Part shown: positions 49,403-58,766 of the stretch, piece after piece
Layout: every line of letters starts with the position of its first letter
Numbering within the stretch: the first letter of the stretch is position 1
NCBI GenBank assembly: GCA_050173015.1
Contig: JBFXLE010000011.1
Span: forward strand, 43,718 to 107,717
Direction of reading: 5' to 3'
Source: Calditrichaceae bacterium
GTDB taxonomy: Bacteria > Calditrichota > Calditrichia > Calditrichales > JBFXGD01
DNA length: 64,000 nucleotides
Translations under genes and position numbers: made by a program
Notes under the pieces: generated by a model
Databases searched by the model: none
What the model was told of the DNA's origin: nothing
The model's input: the letters and a program-made list of their open reading frames with translations, nothing else

Positions 49403-51087
49403 TATTTGTTTTTATCCATTTTAGATTTAACGTTTTCGTTGTCAGGTTCAATCTCGAGCGCTTTTTCCCAAAGGATATTCGCGTCTATCAACTTTCCCAT
49501 TTCATAGTAAATATCTCCGAGATGATCCAGCACTATCGATGAAGTTTCCCTTATCTGAACGGATCTTTCGATATTTCTGGCCGCTTCTTCAAGATTACCC
49601 AGCTTAAAATAAATCCATCCCACGGTATCCAGATAGGCGGGATTATCCGGTTGAGCTTCAATCGCTTTCTTAGCCATGGCAAGGGCTTCATCCATGCGGA
49701 TATTTCGTTCGGACAAGCTATAACCGTAATTATTGAGCAAAAGATGATTATCCGGAAATCGTTTCAATCCATCTTCATAAACACTGTCTGACTGAGCGTA
49801 CATTTTTAGCGATTCATATACCACCGGCAGGGTCGACAACGCATTAAAATTCATCGGTTCAAGTTCAAGCGCTTTTCGCAAAGGAGGTATAGCTTCTCTG
49901 TATTTTTTTAATTCCTGAAGAGTGATTCCATAAAAAGTCCACAGTGAAGCGTCTTCCGGGAGTTCTTTAATGGCATCGGAATAGATTTGCGCGGCCTTAT
50001 TCAGGCTGTCCATGTCGCTGTAAGTGAATCCCAGATAAAGCCAGCCGAAACGATTCTTTCTGTCTCCCTTAATGATTTTGCTGAAATATCCGATGGCCGC
50101 GGGGTAGTTTTTTTCATTCAGTTCAATGCGGCCGATAATATCATAGGCGCCCCAGGGTATCCCGGGACTATTGATAACCGGTAATAACAGTTTCTTCGCT
50201 TCGTCAAGATCTTCAAGATAAAATTTAGATTCGGCAATCATAATTCTGGATGAAAGATCTGTGGAGTCTCTTTTAAAAAGCGGCTGATAAAGATCAATGA
50301 CTTTTTGCCATTCCTGTTCCCGCCGGTAAAGCATGGCAAGATGTTCTATCGCGTCGATAAAATCACTTTTATAAGTGACCGCTTTACTGTAATAATTTCT
50401 GGCCTTATCAAAATCCTGCCGATTCTCTTCAATTCTACCGAGCATATACCAGATTCCTGCATCTGTTGAATCTGATTTTAAGATCTCATTATAATAATAA
50501 ATCGCTTTATCGTGCTGCATGTTTCTCAAATATATGTTTGCGATCTGTTCAAGGATTTTTCTGTCACTGCCATACAAATCAATCAGTTGTTCGTAAAGTT
50601 CTGCCTTTGCTATCTCGTCCTGATTCTTTTCATAAAGAAAAAGCAAAAAATTACGGGCATCCTCGTTATATGGATCTAATTTGAGCAGTTTTTTATAAGT
50701 GGTGACGGCCTGGTCATCCTGTTTCAACCTGAAATAACATTCCGCTTTTAACTGAAGGGTTTCTTCGTTTAGAGAATCAAGCCTGGCTGCTTTCTCAAGA
50801 TAGTAGAGGGCAGTATCGTAATTACCGAGTTTCATTCGCGTATAGGCAAGGCTGTTGTGAATGGTCGCGGAGGTGGAATCATACAAGAGCGCCTGATCAA
50901 ATTGAACAAATGCTTCATCAAAGCGTTCTTCCATCTGAAGAAACAAGCCCTGTAGATAGTGGTCGCGCGCCTTCAACGAGACTGTTTCCGTTTTAGCATC
51001 CGCGGGAACCAGCTTTCTGGATGAAGTACAGCCTATGACTGTTACTGATAGAATGACGGCTGTTGTTATGTAGATAATCTTTTTCAT
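49402..51087 (-). CDS. Tetratricopeptide-repeat lipoprotein
   Basis: Lipobox VIG-C; many TPRs; LNNYGY...YLDTVGW...DHLGD. Confidence 0.9.
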   Translation of the reverse strand: MKKIIYITTAVILSVTVIGCTSSRKLVPADAKTETVSLKARDHYLQGLFLQMEERFDEAFVQFDQALLYDSTSATIHNSLAYTRMKLGNYDTALYYLEKAARLDSLNEETLQLKAECYFRLKQDDQAVTTYKKLLKLDPYNEDARNFLLFLYEKNQDEIAKAELYEQLIDLYGSDRKILEQIANIYLRNMQHDKAIYYYNEILKSDSTDAGIWYMLGRIEENRQDFDKARNYYSKAVTYKSDFIDAIEHLAMLYRREQEWQKVIDLYQPLFKRDSTDLSSRIMIAESKFYLEDLDEAKKLLLPVINSPGIPWGAYDIIGRIELNEKNYPAAIGYFSKIIKGDRKNRFGWLYLGFTYSDMDSLNKAAQIYSDAIKELPEDASLWTFYGITLQELKKYREAIPPLRKALELEPMNFNALSTLPVVYESLKMYAQSDSVYEDGLKRFPDNHLLLNNYGYSLSERNIRMDEALAMAKKAIEAQPDNPAYLDTVGWIYFKLGNLEEAARNIERSVQIRETSSIVLDHLGDIYYEMGKLIDANILWEKALEIEPDNENVKSKMDKNK

Positions 51088-51275
51088 AATAAGTCGCTAA
51101 ATTTATGGGTTAATAACTGAAATAACAAGATTTAATTGATCTCTTTACAGGGAATATACCTTGATTTGAAAAATTTAATTAATTAAGTTCAAAAATTATA
51201 ACAACTCTTTGAATAAATTTTTTATTGAATAGATCGCCTGTTAAAGTAAATTTAAAATCAAAAAGTTCCTGTCTT

Positions 51276-53432
51276 ATGAAGAGAAAAAAACGCGGTACAC
51301 AAACAGTGACTAAAATAATGAAAAATCAGAACCAATCTTCAATGATTGCCACAGCGAGGCAAAACAATGGTTCAAAAAAGAAAACGCTGATTCTGGCCGG
51401 AATTCTTGCCATGTTTATATTTGGTGGAATCGGCTATTTATACTATCTGAGCAAAGATTTGCCTTCTCTTACAAAACTTGAAAGAATTGATCCCGCCATA
51501 GCGAGTCAGGTCTATTCATCTGATGGTGAAGTCATTCATTCATTCTTTACATATAACCGAACATATACACCCTTCGATAAAATTCCGGAGTCAGTGCTTG
51601 ATGCATTGCTTTCAACGGAAGACCGTGATTTTTATTCACACTGGGGAATAAATTTAACCGGCATTATGAGGGCGATTGCGGTTGATATTGCCCATATGGG
51701 ATTTAAGCAGGGCGCGAGTACGATTACTATGCAGTTGGCAAGAAACCTGTATTTCGGACTTGAACAGACCTGGGCGCGAAAACTAAAAGAAGCGATGACG
51801 GCCATACAGATCGAACGCTCATATTCCAAGAATGAAATCATCGAGATGTATCTGAATGTTAACTCATTCGGAAATAACGCTTTTGGTATTCAGGCCGCGG
51901 CGCGCAGATATTTTGACAAAAACGTTGAAGAGCTGAATGTTGAGGAGTCCGCTCTCTTGATTGGATTGCTGAAAGGACCGAGCCGGTATTCACCCATACG
52001 GCACCCGGAACGAGCTCTCCAGAGACGGAATGTTGTGTTGAGTACCATCATGGATAATGGAAATCTGACCCAGGCGGAATTTGATAGTCTGAAAGAAATT
52101 CCTTTGAACATGACTCTAAATGATCCTCACGAAATGAAAGTTGCGCCTTATTTTACAGAGTATATCCGGCGTCAGTTAAATATGCTTCAGGATTCACTCA
52201 ATGTTAATGTCTATGAAGACGGTTTGCGTGTTTATACATCCCTTAATATCCGCATGCAGAAATTAATGGAAGAGGCGATAATTAAGCATATAGATGGCCT
52301 TCAGGAACGGGTAAGAAATCAATCCGCATTTGATGAAATGCGAAAGACGATGACCGACTCCGCCTTTAACGAATTGACAACCATGCAAATCGCTTTTACC
52401 GCCATTAATCCTCATACCGGACAAATTCTGGCTATGGTAGGCGGCAGGGATTTTGAAAAATCAAAGTTTAATCGGGTTACTCAGGCAAAACGGCAGCCGG
52501 GTTCGGCCTTCAAACCATTTTTATACACAGCTGCCATTGATAATGGTTATACCCCGGCGGACGAATACCTGAACCAGCCTACCGTTGAAATTAACCCCGA
52601 CGGCACACGCTGGACTCCCGAAAATTATGAAGGGACTGTCAGCGGTTTGATGACGATCAGGGAAGCGCTATATCGCTCCGTTAACCTGGTAGCCGTCCGT
52701 TTGATTGCGGATATAACGCCGGCTCTGGTGGCACAGTACGCGCACCGAATGGGAATTACCACCGATATCAGGGCTTTTTCTTCCCTTGCGCTGGGAAGTT
52801 CAGATGTGATCCCACTTGAGCTGATCTCGGCTTATGGTACGTTTGCCAATAACGGTGTTCATGTCACTCCGATTTCAATTCTCAAAATCGAAGACAAAAA
52901 CGGAAATACTATTTATCAGGCTAAAACCGAAAGAAAAGAAGTTCTCTCTCCGGAAACCGTATATATAATGAACGATATGATGCAGGATGTAATAAGGCGG
53001 GGTACAGGATATGGCGTCCGCAGGGATTACAATTTTTATGTTCCGGCCGGTGGAAAAACAGGAACCACCAATGACAATACCAATGCCTGGTTTGTCGGGT
53101 TTACACCGGATATCGTAGCCGGTGTATGGGTTGGACTTGATGATTTCAAGCTGACATTAGGGAAAAAAATGACCGGCGCGGTCGCGGCTTTGCCATTCTG
53201 GGGTGAATTTATGAAATCGGTATATGATTCGGTTCAATTTACACACGGAAGTTTTGCCGAAGCCCCGGGGGTTATCCGGCTTGAGATCTGCAATGAGAGT
53301 AAGCAACTGGCGGGTCCGTATTGTCCGGAACGTTATGAAGAATTATTTAATGCCAGCTATAAACCGAAAGAACAGTGTTCGATTCACACCGGTGATCAAT
53401 CCGTTCGGGACGGAAGAAGAAAACGTTTTTAG
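51276..53432 (+). CDS. Class A penicillin-binding protein (PBP1A family)
   Basis: EDRDF, GASTITMQLARN, GSAFK, SVN, KTGT; start uncertain. Confidence 0.93.
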   Translation: MKRKKRGTQTVTKIMKNQNQSSMIATARQNNGSKKKTLILAGILAMFIFGGIGYLYYLSKDLPSLTKLERIDPAIASQVYSSDGEVIHSFFTYNRTYTPFDKIPESVLDALLSTEDRDFYSHWGINLTGIMRAIAVDIAHMGFKQGASTITMQLARNLYFGLEQTWARKLKEAMTAIQIERSYSKNEIIEMYLNVNSFGNNAFGIQAAARRYFDKNVEELNVEESALLIGLLKGPSRYSPIRHPERALQRRNVVLSTIMDNGNLTQAEFDSLKEIPLNMTLNDPHEMKVAPYFTEYIRRQLNMLQDSLNVNVYEDGLRVYTSLNIRMQKLMEEAIIKHIDGLQERVRNQSAFDEMRKTMTDSAFNELTTMQIAFTAINPHTGQILAMVGGRDFEKSKFNRVTQAKRQPGSAFKPFLYTAAIDNGYTPADEYLNQPTVEINPDGTRWTPENYEGTVSGLMTIREALYRSVNLVAVRLIADITPALVAQYAHRMGITTDIRAFSSLALGSSDVIPLELISAYGTFANNGVHVTPISILKIEDKNGNTIYQAKTERKEVLSPETVYIMNDMMQDVIRRGTGYGVRRDYNFYVPAGGKTGTTNDNTNAWFVGFTPDIVAGVWVGLDDFKLTLGKKMTGAVAALPFWGEFMKSVYDSVQFTHGSFAEAPGVIRLEICNESKQLAGPYCPERYEELFNASYKPKEQCSIHTGDQSVRDGRRKRF

Positions 53433-53436
53433 ATTG

Positions 53437-54618
53437 TTATTGCAGCCACGATTCAGGGTTGTAAGTAATCTGCTTACCATAAATCTCAAAATGCAGTTTC
53501 GTACCGGATAACGATCCTGAATCACCAACGGTTGCCAGTGTCTGACCGGTTTGAAGAACATCCCCCTTTTCAACATATATTTCATCAAGATGGGAATAGA
53601 CGGTGTAATAGCCATTGCCATGATCAATAATCACCGTATTGCCGTAACCGGACATATAGGTAATCATCCTTACAACACCTGTAAACACGCATCTTACAGG
53701 GGTTCCCAAAGAACTTTCAATTTCAATTCCCGTGTTGTTGACATATGTTTTTAAATACGGATCACGCTGTTTTCCATATTTTGTCAATATTTTTCCCTTA
53801 ACCGGCCAGGGAAGCCGACCTTTTGCTTTACCAAAATCATCAAAATCAATTTCAGGGATATCGTCCGCGGCTTTATTGTTTTCCTTCAGACGTCTTTGAC
53901 GTTCAAGCGCCAGGATAAAGGAATTCAATTGTTGTCGTTCCTGCTCTTTTGTGTCGAGCTGCTTCTGATAGAGCGATTGATTCCAGCGGATTTTTTTCAG
54001 AAAGACGGCTTTTTCGGATTTACGGCTGAGATAGTGAGATTCTTCCTTTTCCTTTGCCCGGATGGTCAGTTTCATATGCTCGAGATCTTCATTTAGTTTG
54101 TTTTTTAGATTCTCAATTTGCCGTTTTTTTCTTTCAATGCCAGCCAGTGTGCGTTCATCCTGTTCGGCAATCAGTTTAAGGTAACGGTAACGGATGAACG
54201 CCTGATTCAATGACGCTGAAGTCAGAATGAGCTCAATGTTTCTGATTTTCCCGTATTTATAAAAATACACCATTCTCTCGGCATATAGTTTCTTTGATTC
54301 AGCAAGTTGCGCTTGAGTTGATTTTATTTGTCTGTTTGTTGCCGAGATCTGATTGTCAATAATACGACGCTGTGTCTCGAGAAGACCCTTTGCCTGAGAA
54401 ATAAGAGCGACTTCCTTATCGATCAGCTGAATCTGACTGGTTATGGAAGATTCTTCAATTTTGGATTTGGAGATTTGATTTCTTAAATTTTGAATTTCCT
54501 GTTTAATATTTACCAATTTTGATTTGTTGGCAGATAGTTCACGGTCATAATTGTTCTGCGCTGAAATAATCGATGGAGATATAAATAAAAGGATATATAA
54601 TAAGAATTTACAATTCAT
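53437..54618 (-). CDS. EnvC-like murein hydrolase activator (coiled coil plus M23 domain)
   Basis: Long coiled coil; LPWPVKG, YSHL, LHFEI; degenerate first zinc motif (NTGIEI). Confidence 0.88.
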   Translation of the reverse strand: MNCKFLLYILLFISPSIISAQNNYDRELSANKSKLVNIKQEIQNLRNQISKSKIEESSITSQIQLIDKEVALISQAKGLLETQRRIIDNQISATNRQIKSTQAQLAESKKLYAERMVYFYKYGKIRNIELILTSASLNQAFIRYRYLKLIAEQDERTLAGIERKKRQIENLKNKLNEDLEHMKLTIRAKEKEESHYLSRKSEKAVFLKKIRWNQSLYQKQLDTKEQERQQLNSFILALERQRRLKENNKAADDIPEIDFDDFGKAKGRLPWPVKGKILTKYGKQRDPYLKTYVNNTGIEIESSLGTPVRCVFTGVVRMITYMSGYGNTVIIDHGNGYYTVYSHLDEIYVEKGDVLQTGQTLATVGDSGSLSGTKLHFEIYGKQITYNPESWLQ

Positions 54619-55417
54619 AACCAAAACTGATTGTGTTGCTGCTGCCAAGTTCCGGGTGATATTCAAGCGCGTAACCAATGTTTATGTGATTCTTTTTCAT
54701 CAGGATGCCGCCCGAATAACTATGGACAACCTGTCTGAATCCGGTCAGCAATTGAACTGACCGGAATAAGTTGTAATGTAAACCAAAACGATAATCAAAG
54801 TCAAACTCATTGTCTTTTACGAGATCAATATTTAGATTAAGTTCATTGGTCGGGTTGTAGCTCAAGCCGAAACTAAAACAGGATGGCAGTTTTTCCCGGG
54901 CCCGGCCGATTTCCGGTTCGTTCAGATTTGAGACGATGAAAGCGGCAGAAAATTGGCGGCTAATTTGATAAAATCCGGAGATATCGAAGCCCAATGATTG
55001 GGCCTGACCATAATTGTCGATATCCAGGTGGTACCAGTTCAGGCTGACGCCGATGGAGATGGCGTCGGCAAATTCTTTAGCCAACGCGACACGGGTTTCG
55101 GTTTCAGCATATAGAGAATTGCCAAATCGGTTGATTCCGAAGCCAACCGGAACATTTAGAACTTTAAATGATGAGCCGAGTGTAATCTGATTCAGTCCGC
55201 TGATGCCGTAAAAATTACGGTAGAATAAATCGAATGATGCGGTCTGTGTCAGAGAAAGTTTCGCCGGATTCAAAAAAACATCGAAGGCGAGGTCCGCTGA
55301 CGCAATACCGGTCATGCCGCTGCCGGTGTAATTTGTGCCGTACCCTTTGGGTTCAAACGCGCCGTTTGAGGGAGTAAACCAAAAAAAGACCAGAATGAGA
55401 AAAAGAAGCTTTTTCAT
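54608..55417 (-). CDS. Outer-membrane beta-barrel, PorV/PorQ-like
   Basis: Signal peptide, FLNPAKL, alternating strands, HPELGSSNTISFGYEL. Confidence 0.6.
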   Translation of the reverse strand: MKKLLFLILVFFWFTPSNGAFEPKGYGTNYTGSGMTGIASADLAFDVFLNPAKLSLTQTASFDLFYRNFYGISGLNQITLGSSFKVLNVPVGFGINRFGNSLYAETETRVALAKEFADAISIGVSLNWYHLDIDNYGQAQSLGFDISGFYQISRQFSAAFIVSNLNEPEIGRAREKLPSCFSFGLSYNPTNELNLNIDLVKDNEFDFDYRFGLHYNLFRSVQLLTGFRQVVHSYSGGILMKKNHINIGYALEYHPELGSSNTISFGYEL

Positions 55418-55568
55418 TTTGCCGCCTTTGTTGATTTAAAAAAATAGAATGTCAATGCAATAAAAAATCAAAGCAAAAAGTTTAAAAGAGGTTGTTAATC
55501 AGTTAACAGTTAGAATTTACGTCCGGAAGAGACTGATGACAACATAAAAAAAAATGGTTAAAAATTTT

Positions 55569-56705
55569 ATGGAAGTATATCTGGATTACAGCGCGACTAC
55601 GCCGGTCGAAAAAAATGTTCTAAACGCAATGCTCGAATGGACAAAATCCAACTGGGGAAATCCATCAAGTATTCACCGCTTCGGTCAGGCCGCAAAAATT
55701 AAACTTGAAGAATCAAGGGATTTAATCGCTGCCCGGCTGGGGTGTATGTCAAAGGAGATAATTTTTACCAGTGGCGGCACAGAGGCAAATAATATGGCGC
55801 TGATCGGAGCGGCCAGAGCCGTAAAATCCAAAGGCCGGCATATCATCATTTCGGCGGTAGAGCATCCTTCTGTTATCGAATCCGTGAAAGTCCTCGAAAG
55901 GGAAGGGTTTGAAATTACATTTGTTCCTCCGGGAAAGAGCGATGCTGTGGAGGCGGAAAATATTTTTCAGTTTTTAACGGACAGTACAATCCTGGTATCG
56001 GTAATGTATGTAAACAATGAAACCGGAATTATCAATCAGGTCGATAAAATTGCCGATCTGTGCCAGGAAAAAAATATCATGTTTCACACAGACGCGGTAC
56101 AGGCGTTTGGCAAAATTCCATTTTCACTAAAAAATCTGAAGGCCGATTTTCTGACGATCTCGGCGCATAAAATCTATGGGCCCAAAGGTATAGGCGCGCT
56201 TTTCGCGCGAAGCGGCGCCATGATCGATTCCATTTCCTTCGGGGGCGGGCAGGAGGCAAACCGCAGAGCCGGAACTGAAAATATGACCGGGATCGCTGGA
56301 TTCGGCGAAGCGGTAAAATTGCTGGAACACGCGGAAGATGACGCAAAAAAAGCTCTTGGTCTGAGAACTTATTTTGAGACAGAACTTAGAAGAAGGATTG
56401 ATAATTGTTATATTGTGGGCGAAACTTCGGATCGTTCGCCGTATATCTGCAATATTGCCTTTAAGGGAATCGCGAATGAGAGCTTTCTGTTGAATCTCGA
56501 TATGGCGGGGATCGCCGCGTCTGTCGGATCGGCTTGCAGTTCCGGCAGCATCCGGCAGTCACATGTTCTGGAGGCCATGTCGCTGCCTGCTGATATTTTA
56601 AACAGCGCGCTGCGGTTCAGTTTTGGTAAGTTTACCACCAAAGAAGAAATTGATTACACATTGGACAAAATAGAAGAGATCAGCCTGCGGCTGCGAAAAC
56701 AATAA
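55569..56705 (+). CDS. iscS: Cysteine desulfurase (IscS/NifS group I)
   Basis: YLDYSATTP, SGGTEANN, SAHKIYGPKG, GSACSSG. Confidence 0.9.
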   Translation: MEVYLDYSATTPVEKNVLNAMLEWTKSNWGNPSSIHRFGQAAKIKLEESRDLIAARLGCMSKEIIFTSGGTEANNMALIGAARAVKSKGRHIIISAVEHPSVIESVKVLEREGFEITFVPPGKSDAVEAENIFQFLTDSTILVSVMYVNNETGIINQVDKIADLCQEKNIMFHTDAVQAFGKIPFSLKNLKADFLTISAHKIYGPKGIGALFARSGAMIDSISFGGGQEANRRAGTENMTGIAGFGEAVKLLEHAEDDAKKALGLRTYFETELRRRIDNCYIVGETSDRSPYICNIAFKGIANESFLLNLDMAGIAASVGSACSSGSIRQSHVLEAMSLPADILNSALRFSFGKFTTKEEIDYTLDKIEEISLRLRKQ

Positions 56706-56773
56706 AATCACTGAAACGGATCAATAATTAACGAAAAAGCATTGAATCATTTCGGAAGATTGGACAAGAACAA

Positions 56774-58552
56774 ATGATGCATGATGATGAATTGAGCGGC
56801 AAGGTATATGACTCCAAATTGTTTAAAAGAATGTTTATGTACACACGTCCGTATAAACATCTTGTCTTGGGTGGAGTACTGCTGATCATTATCGCGTCGT
56901 TTCTGCAGCTGGCCGGACCATATCTCACAAAGCTGGCAATCGATACGTATATCAAAGAAGGCGACTTGAACGGGTTATTTAAGATACTCGGGATTTACGT
57001 CATGGTTTTGGTTGCCATTTTTGGCGTTCAATATTTTCAGATTTATATAACTCAGTATCTTGGTCAGAAACTTATGTTTGATCTGCGCTCGCAGATTTTC
57101 ACTCATCTTCAAAAATTATCTCTGAGCTTTTTTGACAAAAATCCGGTCGGCAGATTAATGACACGCGTAACCTCGGATGTGGAATCCTTAAATCAGATGT
57201 TTACAGAAGGCGTGGTAAGCATATTCGGGGATATTTTTTTGCTATCCGGAATCGTTGTGGTTATGCTTTCAATGAATGTGGAGCTGGCGTTATGGACATT
57301 CGCCGTTATTCCGCTACTTTTTGTTATCACGGCAATTTTCCAGAAAAAAGTGCGTATCGCGTTTCGAAATATTCGTAAATGGGTTGCGCAGATAAACACA
57401 TATTTGCAGGAAAATATTACCGGGATGAACATCGTCCAGGTGTTCAACCGTGAAAGAAAAAACTATGAATCTTTTGCCGATATAAACCAAAAACATACTG
57501 ACGCGCAGGTGAAAACAGTTTCTTATTACGCCATTTTTTATCCGGCTATTGAGCTTGTCAGCTCCATTGCCCTGGCCATTGTTATCTGGCGCGGAGGATT
57601 GCTGAAAATGTCTGATCTGGTGACTTACGGCGCCCTTGTCGCGTTTATCCAGTACGCGCAGATGTTTTTCCGGCCCATAAGTGATCTGTCGGAAAAATAT
57701 AACATTTTACAGGCGGCTATGGCGTCATCGGAACGGATTTTTAAACTTTTAGATACACCGCCAAGAATCCGTTCACTGGAACAACCGGTCGTCAAACATT
57801 CGGTCCTGGGTAAAATTGAATTTAAGGATGTATGGTTTGCCTATTCAGAAGAAGATTATGTTCTGAAAGATATTTCATTTACGATTGAACCCGGTGAACG
57901 GATAGCGGTCGTGGGACATACCGGGGCGGGGAAAACCAGTCTTATTAATCTCATGGGGCGTCAGTACGAAATTCAAAAAGGACAGATTTTACTGGATGGA
58001 ACAGATATCCGGGAATGGGATTTAAGAAACCTGCGTTCAACCATGGCCGTGGTATTACAGGATGTCTTCCTGTTCTCAGGGACCATCCTTGAAAATATCC
58101 GGTTGGGAAATGAAAGGATAACCGAAAAACAGGTAATGCAGGCCTGCGAACGGGTGAACGCGCATCATTTCATCCTGCGGTTACCAAAAAAATATCATAC
58201 CGTTCTGAATGAGCGCGGTACATCTTTGTCAATGGGGCAGCGCCAACTGCTCTCATTTGCCAGGGCTCTGGTTATGGAACCGCAAATTTTAATACTGGAT
58301 GAGGCGACTTCGAATATCGATACAGAAACCGAAATTCTGATCCAGAACGCGCTTGAGTATTTAATGCAGGGGCGAACATCAATCATTATCGCGCACCGTC
58401 TTTCGACGATAAAACACGTGGACCGGATTCTGGTATTCCACAAAGGTCATCTAAAGGAGACCGGATCACACCAGGAACTCATGCAATTGCAGGGGCTGTA
58501 TCATCAATTATACCAGCTCCAATACAGAGAGCAGGAAGTTTTTATCGGTTAG
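56774..58552 (+). CDS. ABC exporter, fused permease/ATPase (MsbA/MdlB-like)
   Basis: TM domain; GHTGAGKT, LSMGQRQ, ILDEAT, IAHRLST. Confidence 0.94.
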   Translation: MMHDDELSGKVYDSKLFKRMFMYTRPYKHLVLGGVLLIIIASFLQLAGPYLTKLAIDTYIKEGDLNGLFKILGIYVMVLVAIFGVQYFQIYITQYLGQKLMFDLRSQIFTHLQKLSLSFFDKNPVGRLMTRVTSDVESLNQMFTEGVVSIFGDIFLLSGIVVVMLSMNVELALWTFAVIPLLFVITAIFQKKVRIAFRNIRKWVAQINTYLQENITGMNIVQVFNRERKNYESFADINQKHTDAQVKTVSYYAIFYPAIELVSSIALAIVIWRGGLLKMSDLVTYGALVAFIQYAQMFFRPISDLSEKYNILQAAMASSERIFKLLDTPPRIRSLEQPVVKHSVLGKIEFKDVWFAYSEEDYVLKDISFTIEPGERIAVVGHTGAGKTSLINLMGRQYEIQKGQILLDGTDIREWDLRNLRSTMAVVLQDVFLFSGTILENIRLGNERITEKQVMQACERVNAHHFILRLPKKYHTVLNERGTSLSMGQRQLLSFARALVMEPQILILDEATSNIDTETEILIQNALEYLMQGRTSIIIAHRLSTIKHVDRILVFHKGHLKETGSHQELMQLQGLYHQLYQLQYREQEVFIG

Positions 58553-58766
58553 CGGATGTGTTAAGATCTAATTTTTAAAGTTTAAATTGTTCAGCTTTTT
58601 ACAAATCCTTATTTTTGTTTAAATTGATTCAAAATTACTGGTATGTTTTTTGCCAGAGTCAAACCAATAAGTTCATTGAGAATTTCCTGTAATTCACGCT
58701 TTTCATTGAAACAGATTTATTTGCTGATCGTAAAAGATTCTAAATTAATTTTATAAAGGGGTCGAT

